This document shows, one piece after another, positions 45,981-54,302 of a stretch of DNA of 64,000 nt. Both the position numbers and the translations under genes were made by a program. Positions within the stretch are counted from its first letter, which is position 1, and each line of letters starts with the position of its first letter. The notes under the pieces were generated by a model. It did not search any database. It saw only the letters and a program-made list of their open reading frames with translations, and had not been told where the DNA came from. The stretch is from the IMG/VR virus record IMGVR_UViG_3300036823_000160, positions 13,537-77,536 of that record; one strand, written 5' to 3'. Source of the DNA: a virus.

Positions 45981-47524
45981 GGGGTCTCCGGGGCCGAGTG
46001 CACGGTCACACGGCTGGTGCCGAAGGACGCGATCTGGCGCGTCGAGATCGCGACGGGGTTTCCGAGGAAGCACCAGTGCGCGGTGCCGTCGACGATGTCG
46101 GTTCCGGTCCCGACCGGTCCGCCGCTCCCAGCGCTGGTTCCTGCGATGGTGCAGATGTACTTGCGCCCGTCGTTCGAGACGACGCTCCGCGCGCCGGCCG
46201 TCGCGCTGTAGGCCGTGGTCGACGCCCAGGCTACGGCCGTGCCGATCACGTCGTTGAAAATCAAAACCTCGGTCACGTCGAGAACACCGTTGACCCCGAA
46301 CGCGAGCGCCCCCGTCTTCGAGGCCACACCGTCGACACCAATCGTCCGAGTCGGCGACGCGATCGCCGCCTGGACCTCGACATCGCCGTCGCTCGGGTAC
46401 GCGGTTGAGTCGTAGCCGAGCGTGATCACGACCCACACGTCGATGAGGGCCGGGTGCGTGAATTCGATCGTGTGCGGTACGCCCTGCGAGTCGGTCGACG
46501 TCGTGACCGTCGTCCCGTGCGTCGCGATCCCAGCGGCAACCTGCGCGAGCAGTAGATCCGCGACCGCCTGGTTGTGCGTAGCGTCATCGGTGCACTGGAC
46601 GAGCGCCTCGATCGCGTGCGGTGGAACACCATCGCTGTTCGTCGTGTCGGTCTCGTTTACGAACACGGTCACCGCAGAGGGCTGGCTCCCGTCGAAGAAC
46701 TTGAGCTCGAGAAGGACGGCGCGAATCGCGTCCGCCGTGCCGGCACCGTCTCCGGCGAGCTCCTGCGCGCGCAGTAGCCGCAGTTCCTGATCCGTCGCGA
46801 TGTCGCGGCCCGGCGTCGCGTCGCTCAGGTTGCGTACCCCAGAGAGCCCCGCGAGCGGCGTGTCGATATTGATGATGTCTCCCGCGATCGCCGTGACCGC
46901 GCCGGTCACCGTGCACTCGGCCTCGACGTCGACCGCTCCGGTACCGTCTCCGACGTACTCCCAGACGAGCGCACCGAGGCCGTCCGAGATACTCGACAGG
47001 GTCGACGTCGGTCCCGATCCCGATACGGCCGACGTTCCTGCAGCGGTCGCCTGGTAAACGCGCCCCGAATTCGTGACGCGGTCGCCGACGGAGTACGCGT
47101 GTGATGTCACCCAGGCGGTCAGCGAACCGATCGTCGCGTCTGCCTCGGTCTCGAACTGCTTGTTCGAGCTCGACGCGTGCGCGAGCCGCCCGGCTGGAAC
47201 CAGGGTAGTCGGCGTGCCCGTGAGCGTGAGTGGGGTCGTGCTCGGAGCCGCAGCCAGCCGTAGTGTGCCCGTGAGGGCGCAAACGGCGTCGAGTGATGCG
47301 CCCGTCGCCGAGTCGGGATCGAAGGCCGCGTAGAGCAGCTGTGCGAGGTCCCAGACGACGGACTCGCGCTCTGCGAACACGCCCACGACCTGTCCCAACC
47401 ACGAAACATCTCCGAGGACGAGCGGGCCGATCAACGTCCTGAGCACGGACTCGACCTCCGTGCGCACGACGGTCAGCGGCTTCGGGGTGAAGCCGAGCGA
47501 GGTAAGGCCGTAGGTCGTAGCCAT
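45977..47524 (-). CDS. baseplate J/gp47-like protein with carbohydrate-binding-like inserts
   Basis: YGLT..GF, FDPDSATGASLD, GRDIATDQELR, GVPPHAIE. Confidence 0.88.
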   Translation of the reverse strand: MATTYGLTSLGFTPKPLTVVRTEVESVLRTLIGPLVLGDVSWLGQVVGVFAERESVVWDLAQLLYAAFDPDSATGASLDAVCALTGTLRLAAAPSTTPLTLTGTPTTLVPAGRLAHASSSNKQFETEADATIGSLTAWVTSHAYSVGDRVTNSGRVYQATAAGTSAVSGSGPTSTLSSISDGLGALVWEYVGDGTGAVDVEAECTVTGAVTAIAGDIINIDTPLAGLSGVRNLSDATPGRDIATDQELRLLRAQELAGDGAGTADAIRAVLLELKFFDGSQPSAVTVFVNETDTTNSDGVPPHAIEALVQCTDDATHNQAVADLLLAQVAAGIATHGTTVTTSTDSQGVPHTIEFTHPALIDVWVVITLGYDSTAYPSDGDVEVQAAIASPTRTIGVDGVASKTGALAFGVNGVLDVTEVLIFNDVIGTAVAWASTTAYSATAGARSVVSNDGRKYICTIAGTSAGSGGPVGTGTDIVDGTAHWCFLGNPVAISTRQIASFGTSRVTVHSAPETP

Positions 47525-47547
47525 GCCCGGTGACTCCCTGGTCACCT

Positions 47548-47563
47548 TGGCACGAATGGTGCA
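47548..47563 (+). promoter_or_regulatory. sigma54-like -24/-12 box
   Basis: TGGCACG-N4-GTGCA, intergenic. Confidence 0.45.
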
Positions 47564-47578
47564 CCAGGGCGACTCGGC

Positions 47579-47995
47579 TCAGGAGCCTGGCATCTTCGAG
47601 AGCGAGTCGGCGATCGAGTCCCCGAAGGCTGTGATCACGACCCAGCTGACGTAGAGGGTACGAGTACGGGGTTCGAACGACACGTCGAGCGTGTCCAGGC
47701 TCGCGACGCCCGGTACACCCAAGATCGCCGTCCTGAACGCCGCGCGTGTCTTTACGGGGTCGAACCGCGGACCGAGCAACGCCTCGGACTCGTCGACGCT
47801 GGCATTCGCGAGATAGGGGATGCCCGCGAGCAGGTTCAAAAACCACTCGCCGGCGATCATCTGAACGACAACCCGGATCAACTGGGCCACGGCGGGTACC
47901 CCGCGGGCGAACACGATGTCCCCGTTCACGATGACAGGGTCGTTGTTCGCATCCAGAAGGACGTCGAGAGGGTCGGTAACCAGTGGCGCGGCCAT
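47579..47995 (-). CDS. baseplate wedge subunit (gp25-like)
   Basis: AVAQ.I......GEWFL....GIPY. Confidence 0.8.
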   Translation of the reverse strand: MAAPLVTDPLDVLLDANNDPVIVNGDIVFARGVPAVAQLIRVVVQMIAGEWFLNLLAGIPYLANASVDESEALLGPRFDPVKTRAAFRTAILGVPGVASLDTLDVSFEPRTRTLYVSWVVITAFGDSIADSLSKMPGS

Positions 47996-48071
47996 GGAGG
48001 AGGGTAGCTCGTGGATCGGGGTAAGCCGACAGTTGTCAATAGGGGGCGATTTCTGGCATCGTGGTTCGTAC

Positions 48072-49046
48072 ATGCTGCGGATCTTCGTATTGTTGGGGCT
48101 CCTCACCGGATGCGGATCTCCTCGTTCAGCTGGGCCGGATGCACAACAAAAGGACGCCGCAGTTGTGGCGACCGACGCCGCTCAAGGCATCGACTCCCTA
48201 GTCCCCCGGGACGGTGCCATCGACGTGTTCTGGATGACGATGCCGCCCGTCGTGTTTGATGACCCTACCGGGCTCCATGCGCCGGTCACGCTCCACGCGC
48301 CTAGTGACTACGTGACGTCGCCGTGGGTCGCGCGGCCCCTCGTCATCTTCCTGCACGGCTACGCCGGCAACCTCTATGCGGGCTGGGATCAGATCGAGGC
48401 GCAGGAGATCCTCTATCTCGTTCCGCGCGGGCTCACCGACGCGCAAGGCGGTCACTTCTGGAACGCGTCGGTCGCCTGCTGCGACCGCGACGGCAGGGGC
48501 AACGATGATGTCGCATTCCTCGGCGGTCTGATCGATGAGGTAGTCGCGGCGGGCTGGAACGTCGACCGCTCGCGCGTCGCGGTCATCGGAGCTTCGAATG
48601 GAGGCTTCATGGCCGAGCGCATGGCCTGCGCTCGCGCCGACGTCGTGACGCAGATCGTCGACCTCGCCGGCGCCGGACAGGGCTCGGGGGACCCGGCATG
48701 CATGCCGGTGCTGCCCGTGGCAGCGATCGTCGATCACAGCGAGGGCGACAAGACCGTGCTCTTCGACGGCGGCCAGGTGTCGATCGTGAAGATGGCGCCG
48801 GCGCCGGCAGTACTCGGCGCCGGCGGCACGACGGACCGTGGCGACTGCCGGTCGTTAACTGCCGTCCCCGGCCTGCTCGATCACGATGCTACGGTCACCG
48901 GTGCCGAGACGACGGTAGAACAGACCAACTGCAACCGAGGATCGTTGATGTTCTGGTCGGAGCCGACGTCGGCTCACGTGTTCGAGCCGACCGCGGCCTG
49001 GGGCGACGATGTGTGGGCGTGGATGCAAGCACACCCACGAAGCTGA
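48072..49046 (+). CDS. alpha/beta hydrolase lipoprotein (PHB depolymerase/LpqC-like)
   Basis: LTGC lipobox, PLVIFLHGY, FWNA..ACC, DDVAFL, GASNGG. Confidence 0.88.
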   Translation: MLRIFVLLGLLTGCGSPRSAGPDAQQKDAAVVATDAAQGIDSLVPRDGAIDVFWMTMPPVVFDDPTGLHAPVTLHAPSDYVTSPWVARPLVIFLHGYAGNLYAGWDQIEAQEILYLVPRGLTDAQGGHFWNASVACCDRDGRGNDDVAFLGGLIDEVVAAGWNVDRSRVAVIGASNGGFMAERMACARADVVTQIVDLAGAGQGSGDPACMPVLPVAAIVDHSEGDKTVLFDGGQVSIVKMAPAPAVLGAGGTTDRGDCRSLTAVPGLLDHDATVTGAETTVEQTNCNRGSLMFWSEPTSAHVFEPTAAWGDDVWAWMQAHPRS

Positions 49047-49061
49047 GAGCTTCGACTCGAG

Positions 49062-49736
49062 CTACTCGATCTTGCCCTTGGCCGTGCCTGCGTCCCAGCC
49101 CTTGCCCGTGGTCGCGTTGATACCGAGTGCGGTCGCAAGCGCGGCGAGCGCCGCGGCCGACGGGTCTGCGCCGAGGCTGCTGATCGCGCTCACAAGCGCC
49201 GCCCCGAACGTGTCGAGCGCGCTCTGGCCCACGATCGCCTGGCTGGCGTTCGGCGATCCGATCCTGACCTCGATCTGTGTCGAGATCACGAGCGCGTCCG
49301 TGGGTGGCGCCGGCACGATCGGCGCGCCGTACGCGCGAAAGCCAGGCTGGAACACCGCGTCGTTGATGTCGTGGTGGTGCGAGAGCACCGGATCAATCGA
49401 GCGCGAAGCCGTCGTCGACAGCAGTCGATCGATCGAGGCATGGCAGAACACCAGCAGCCCGGTGTCTCCGACCGCGATCGGGAACGTGATCGAGCTCGGT
49501 CCGCTGCCGAGGAACTGCACGGGCACGTTCGAGACGATCGGGAAATCCTCGACCTGGCGGTTACCGAACTCGTCGGGGTACTCGCGCTTGACGAGGATCT
49601 GTGCGTCGACTTGCTGCGTGACGGGATCGTACCGATTCACGCGCGCAGGAATCGCCACGAACACCTTCGCGATCTGTGCGTCGATGGCGGCCGCGATAGC
49701 GTCTGCGAAACCTGGATCTGCGAGGGGCTCGATCAC
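49062..49736 (-). CDS. baseplate central spike (Gp138-like)
   Basis: PARV..YD, VPVQF, FPI.VGD.GLLVF, H.INDAVF.PG. Confidence 0.85.
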   Translation of the reverse strand: MIEPLADPGFADAIAAAIDAQIAKVFVAIPARVNRYDPVTQQVDAQILVKREYPDEFGNRQVEDFPIVSNVPVQFLGSGPSSITFPIAVGDTGLLVFCHASIDRLLSTTASRSIDPVLSHHHDINDAVFQPGFRAYGAPIVPAPPTDALVISTQIEVRIGSPNASQAIVGQSALDTFGAALVSAISSLGADPSAAALAALATALGINATTGKGWDAGTAKGKIE

Positions 49737-50638
49737 AGTTGCTTCGCCTGGATCTCGGAGAACCAGTCCGCCGTTCGCCCGTGAGTATCTCCGACGTTCT
49801 TAACGTCCTCGATGCGAAAGTTCCCGTTGATCGTCTCGCTGACGAGCTGCATCAGCCGGCCCGGAACGGCACGCGTGTCGATCTGGCTCTTGACCTTTAG
49901 GATCGGTGGTTTCCCTAGCGTCTTGGGGACGCTGTAGTCCGGTGCGCCGACCATGCCCGTCGCCTGTGAAACCACAATCGCAGGCAGTGTCCCCGACGTG
50001 GTCACGACGCCGTTGCCGTCGATGACATCGCGTTCGCCGAGGATCTGAAGCTGCTGGTCCTGGATACTCCATCCGAGCCCGCTGGGATCGAGGACCTTGG
50101 TGAGCACGTCCTGCGCAGGCCCGTGAAACGTGAACCCGTTGTTGGCGATCGCGGCCACGAGCGCGGTCGCGCCCTTCGCGTTCTTCGGAACCACGAGCCC
50201 CATGGACGCCGCTGCGATCTGGAGCGCCTGCGTGCCCGTGACCGGACCACCCAGGCCCGCCGACACGCGCGCGTTGTCGATCGCACGCTGCCCGTCCGCG
50301 AGCTGGATCTTCGTCGTCCAGTTCGGGGGCTCGTGCTTGCTCTCGTCCTCGCGAACATCGCCCTGGAACAGGATCGCATAGCTGCCGGTGTCGTATGCGA
50401 CCTCGAGTTGAACGTTGAGCGGCCGCTTCTTGAGAGCCGCGCGCGTCGCCTCGTTCAGGTTCGAGATCCAGATCGTGGCTTCGTTGGGCTTCTTGCCGAG
50501 ATGCTTCTCGGTCTGTAGCTTCACGCGCATCCCCTCGATGACGATCGTGTCCTGGAGGTATGTGAACCATGCGCCGGGGATCGGGCTTCCGACTGCGATC
50601 GTGACGCGACAACGCGGCTTGAAGAGACGATCGGTCAC
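49733..50638 (-). CDS. baseplate hub protein
   Basis: PNEATI.ISNL, LFQGD, WSIQD, TGMVGAP, GDTHG..W. Confidence 0.85.
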   Translation of the reverse strand: MTDRLFKPRCRVTIAVGSPIPGAWFTYLQDTIVIEGMRVKLQTEKHLGKKPNEATIWISNLNEATRAALKKRPLNVQLEVAYDTGSYAILFQGDVREDESKHEPPNWTTKIQLADGQRAIDNARVSAGLGGPVTGTQALQIAAASMGLVVPKNAKGATALVAAIANNGFTFHGPAQDVLTKVLDPSGLGWSIQDQQLQILGERDVIDGNGVVTTSGTLPAIVVSQATGMVGAPDYSVPKTLGKPPILKVKSQIDTRAVPGRLMQLVSETINGNFRIEDVKNVGDTHGRTADWFSEIQAKQL

Positions 50639-50982
50639 GAGCCACCCAACCCCAACGCGATGAGCTCGGCGATGGTGTAGTACTGCACTTGCACACGTCC
50701 ACCGAGATCGTCGAGACCCGCGTCGAGCCCGGCGTTGCTGGTGTCGACCGCGATCAGCATGCCCGGCCAGATCCGCGAGTCCGTGATGCGGCGTCCAAGC
50801 ACGACACCGAGCACGACCTTCAGACCGATCGCGATCTGATCGCCGACCGCGTCCGAGACGTCGATAAACCACCCCGGATCCTCGGGGTTCCACCGGACGT
50901 CGAAGATGTAGTTCGCGCCGTCGAGCGTCGTGACGACCTGATACGATGCGTTCGAGGGCTCGAGAGGGAGATTGACGGGCAT
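50635..50982 (-). CDS. baseplate plug-like protein
   Basis: TLDG..Y...VRWN....WFIDV. Confidence 0.75.
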   Translation of the reverse strand: MPVNLPLEPSNASYQVVTTLDGANYIFDVRWNPEDPGWFIDVSDAVGDQIAIGLKVVLGVVLGRRITDSRIWPGMLIAVDTSNAGLDAGLDDLGGRVQVQYYTIAELIALGLGGS

Positions 50983-50983
50983 C

Positions 50984-51595
50984 TCAGTCCCCTCCGAAGG
51001 TGCTGGCCTTGGTGATCTTGTCCTTGACCCCGAACGCGTCGGCAGCCTGTCCCAGCAACGAAGCGTCGGCTCCGTCGGGGTTGTTCACGTTGTAGTAGCC
51101 GGCAGGGGGGTCGGCTTGGGTCGACGCTTTGAGCCCGATGTTGTCCTGCGACTTGTGCGACGGAACCGCCACCGGCACGAACGCGCGCGTGTTCTGAACG
51201 AACACGACCTTCTTGAAGCGCGCGGTGAACATGATCGCGCGCCCGGTCGTGCTGTCGACGGGGATCGAGAGATCCTCCAGCATCATGTCGTCGTACGTCC
51301 GAAGCGCAGTCGTGATCGTGCAGGATTCCCCCGACTCGTGGAGCTCGTCCATGGCCGCCAGGAAGTCGTCGGTCGGAAGCGTCGCATCGCGTTGCGCGAG
51401 CACGCCGGCGAGAGGCGTGTTCGACACGACACCCGAGACCGTCACGCGATCTGGATTCTTGATCACGTTCTGGGTGACGTTCGAACCCTTCTCGATCGGG
51501 TAGTCGGTGACCGTCGAGGACTTCTGGTGCTCCTCGCGGATCGATGCGTCGATGAGGAATCCGTTGATCGTGATGGGGATGACGGGCTGCGCCAC
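50984..51595 (-). CDS. distal tail (Dit-like) protein
   Basis: IDA...E.H....VTDYPIEKG. Confidence 0.8.
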   Translation of the reverse strand: MAQPVIPITINGFLIDASIREEHQKSSTVTDYPIEKGSNVTQNVIKNPDRVTVSGVVSNTPLAGVLAQRDATLPTDDFLAAMDELHESGESCTITTALRTYDDMMLEDLSIPVDSTTGRAIMFTARFKKVVFVQNTRAFVPVAVPSHKSQDNIGLKASTQADPPAGYYNVNNPDGADASLLGQAADAFGVKDKITKASTFGGD

Positions 51596-51598
51596 GGT

Positions 51599-53185
51599 TC
51601 ACCTTCGAACCTTTCCGCTCGGAATTAGGTTGCTGAGGCTGCCCGCTAGATCGTTGAGAGCGTCCTTGACCGCCTTCTCCGTGTCCTTTGGATCACCGCT
51701 CGCAGAGTGAACGTGGAGCTCGCCGACTGTTACCGACGGCCCCGCTGCAGGCGCGTTCTGGCCGGCGTTCGCCCACGGCGACGTGTCTGTCTTCGACGCG
51801 ACGTGGTTGTAGACCTGGTAGTAGTTCTTGTCCTTGTCGTCGGGGTCGCCGTAGTCGTCTTGCAGCTTGTTCCGGTGCAGCTTCTCCGCATCGAGCTGCG
51901 TCTTGATCTGCTGGAGCTGCGTCGCCTTCACCTGGAGCGCCTGCTCGATCGCGGGAACCATCGCTGTACCGCCTGCCCCACGACCGGCCTTCGCGTCCTC
52001 GAGGTCCGACCGAAGCTTCGCGTAGGTCTCGCCAGCGGTGGTCTCCTGCGACTCGAGGTTCGAGATGCGATCGTCGCTGTGGTGCTTATCCGTAAGAGCG
52101 GCCAGCGCGCGTGCCTCGCGGCCGACGAGCCCGAGCTTGTGCGCGATCTCGATGAGCTTCTCGCCGACCTGTTCGGCGACCTCGATAATCGAGTAGATCG
52201 CCGGATGCGCGACCTTCACCCAGTCGACGAACGCTTGGCCGAGATCGAGGAGCACGCTGCGGCCGCCGTGGAATCCGACCCAGAGGTCGTTCACGATCAG
52301 GATCAGCGCGCCGATCAGGACGGCCATGAGGACGAACGGAGCGGCCGCCAGCAGGCCGGTCAGGAGTGCTTCGGCACGCAGCGCGATGAACGCGGTCACG
52401 AGTCCACCGACGAGTGCGATGAGCTCGCCCCAGTGGTCCTGGAGGATCTCGCTCGCGCGCACCATCGCGTCGCCGACCACGTGTGCGAGATCGGTAAACG
52501 CGGTGATCAGACGCTCGAGCAGCGGAGCGAGCGCGGCGACTGCCTTGGTCTTGAACGCCTCCCACGAGACGTGGAGGTCGACGATCTTCGTCTTCAGGTT
52601 CTGGAGCGCTCCGACCTGCTCGTCGGAGATCTCGGCGCCTAGATCCTTGAAGTGCTGGATCTGCTCCTTGAGCGCTCGGCTGCCCTGTGCGAGCGCGGCC
52701 CCAACAGCCCCGGACTGGCGTCCGAACAACTCGAGCATGATCGCCGCGCGCTCGCCTGTGTTGGGCATCGCGGCGAGCTTGTCGCTGACTTCGAACAGGA
52801 GCTGGTTCATGCCTCCGGGCGTGCGCATGGCCGTCGCCACGTCGGTCGCCGAGACGCCGAGCTCGTTCAGTGCATTCGCGGCCCGCTTGCCGGTGCCCTG
52901 CTCCACGAGGTGGAGCTGGCGCTCGAACATGCCGACCGCGGTCGTGAGCTTGGTCGCGCTGACACCCGTGCGCTCGGCGACGTACCCGAGCTCCTGTACC
53001 GAGGAGACCGCGAGTCCAGTCTGCTGGCTCGTGCGGGTCAGATTCGCGCCGATGTCCGCGGCCCCGGACACGACACTCGCGACGCCCTCGAGCGCGACCT
53101 TGAGCGCCCCCACGGCTCCGAGCGCCGCTCGCCACGAGGGCGACAGCTGGACTCCGAGCAGGAGGTAGAGCTCACCTACAGTCAC
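51599..53185 (-). CDS. tail tape measure protein
   Basis: Helical Ala-rich ORF after chaperones; MELFGR-type motif. Confidence 0.8.
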   Translation of the reverse strand: MTVGELYLLLGVQLSPSWRAALGAVGALKVALEGVASVVSGAADIGANLTRTSQQTGLAVSSVQELGYVAERTGVSATKLTTAVGMFERQLHLVEQGTGKRAANALNELGVSATDVATAMRTPGGMNQLLFEVSDKLAAMPNTGERAAIMLELFGRQSGAVGAALAQGSRALKEQIQHFKDLGAEISDEQVGALQNLKTKIVDLHVSWEAFKTKAVAALAPLLERLITAFTDLAHVVGDAMVRASEILQDHWGELIALVGGLVTAFIALRAEALLTGLLAAAPFVLMAVLIGALILIVNDLWVGFHGGRSVLLDLGQAFVDWVKVAHPAIYSIIEVAEQVGEKLIEIAHKLGLVGREARALAALTDKHHSDDRISNLESQETTAGETYAKLRSDLEDAKAGRGAGGTAMVPAIEQALQVKATQLQQIKTQLDAEKLHRNKLQDDYGDPDDKDKNYYQVYNHVASKTDTSPWANAGQNAPAAGPSVTVGELHVHSASGDPKDTEKAVKDALNDLAGSLSNLIPSGKVRR

Positions 53186-53188
53186 AGA

Positions 53189-53365
53189 TCAGTCCTCCTC
53201 GTCGTTCGGGACGGCGCTGTCGAACGCGTCTGCCGCACGTCCAAGCATGTCGACGTCGTCGATCGACATGTGCGTTGAGACCTCGGTCCAGGTAGCGTGT
53301 CCGAGGACGACCAGGCGGAAACAGGACCAGGTTCCCTCCGCCCGGATGTCCTCCGGCACGTTCAC
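53189..53365 (-). CDS. second tail assembly chaperone ORF
   Basis: Between chaperone and tape measure, -1 frame to the upstream gene. Confidence 0.6.
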   Translation of the reverse strand: MNVPEDIRAEGTWSCFRLVVLGHATWTEVSTHMSIDDVDMLGRAADAFDSAVPNDEED

Positions 53366-53814
53366 GCTGGCGAGTTTGCGACCGGGCCCGGGACGGACGC
53401 CGGGACGGCCGGCGCGTCCCCGTCGAAGAAATCCGAGAAGTTGACCTGTACCGCGAAGACGACGACGTTGAGCATCGCCTTCACTCGACCCGAGAACACG
53501 ATGTCGAGCGCGGCCTGGTTGTTGAGCTGGATGTTCCCCTGGCCGGGGATGAACGCGACGGTGTTCTCGAGGATCGCGCATGCGAGCGCGGTCGCCTCTT
53601 CGGGGTCCAACGAAGAGAACGCGGCCATGAAGGACGGGCTCATGGCCTTCATGACTTCCTTGAGGTCGGTCTTCGGATCGAAGTCACCGAAGGCGCCGAG
53701 CGCTGGCCCGATGAGTCGTACGAGACGGAAGAACAGCTTGAACGCGCGCATCGCCGGCAGCTGCGTCGTCGTCACCTGAATCCCGTCGACGGTCTTGGAT
53801 TCGGTCTTGATCAT
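53362..53814 (-). CDS. tail assembly chaperone
   Basis: Position after tube gene; VNFSDFF. Confidence 0.75.
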   Translation of the reverse strand: MIKTESKTVDGIQVTTTQLPAMRAFKLFFRLVRLIGPALGAFGDFDPKTDLKEVMKAMSPSFMAAFSSLDPEEATALACAILENTVAFIPGQGNIQLNNQAALDIVFSGRVKAMLNVVVFAVQVNFSDFFDGDAPAVPASVPGPVANSPA

Positions 53815-53821
53815 GGCGTCC

Positions 53822-53848
53822 TAACCGCTCGGTTCGAGCGTGGCTTCC
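53822..53848 (-). promoter_or_regulatory. ECF-type promoter motif (variant)
   Basis: GGAAGC-N15-CGGTTA, ATG 7 nt downstream. Confidence 0.55.
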
Positions 53849-53850
53849 GA

Positions 53851-54291
53851 TCAGAAGATCGCGCCGGTCGGCGCGAGATCCAGATCGGCGCACTCGAACA
53901 CCCACACGCAATTGCTCGCGTCGTCGGAGCGATCGATCTTGGGCACCTTCATGATCCACGCTTCCTTCGCATGGATGAGCGGGTCGCCGCCGAGCGTGCC
54001 GGTGGTGTTCAGGTCCTTCGCCTGCAGCGAGCCTACGGCCGCGCCTGACGCCTCGTCGAGCTGCGCGATCGCGAGCAGGAAGTCGTTGGAGGGCGACTGT
54101 GCCTGGAGCGTGATCGTGATCTTGCCCGAGCGATCCATGCTCTGGACTCGAACGACGTCGCCCTGCGCGCCGACCTTCTTCTTGAATCCGTCCTCGGCGC
54201 GCTCCGCTTCGATGAAGGTGCCCTTCGCGAAGCCGACGATGTTGATGCCCTGGAACGAGAACGTGACGAACTGGGGGGAGTAATTCTTCAC
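53851..54291 (-). CDS. tail tube protein (DUF3277-like)
   Basis: Y.P..V....G..I.GFA.G.FI, VGA.G, G.ITITL...SPSN. Confidence 0.85.
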   Translation of the reverse strand: MKNYSPQFVTFSFQGINIVGFAKGTFIEAERAEDGFKKKVGAQGDVVRVQSMDRSGKITITLQAQSPSNDFLLAIAQLDEASGAAVGSLQAKDLNTTGTLGGDPLIHAKEAWIMKVPKIDRSDDASNCVWVFECADLDLAPTGAIF

Positions 54292-54302
54292 TGGTCAGCT
54301 CC

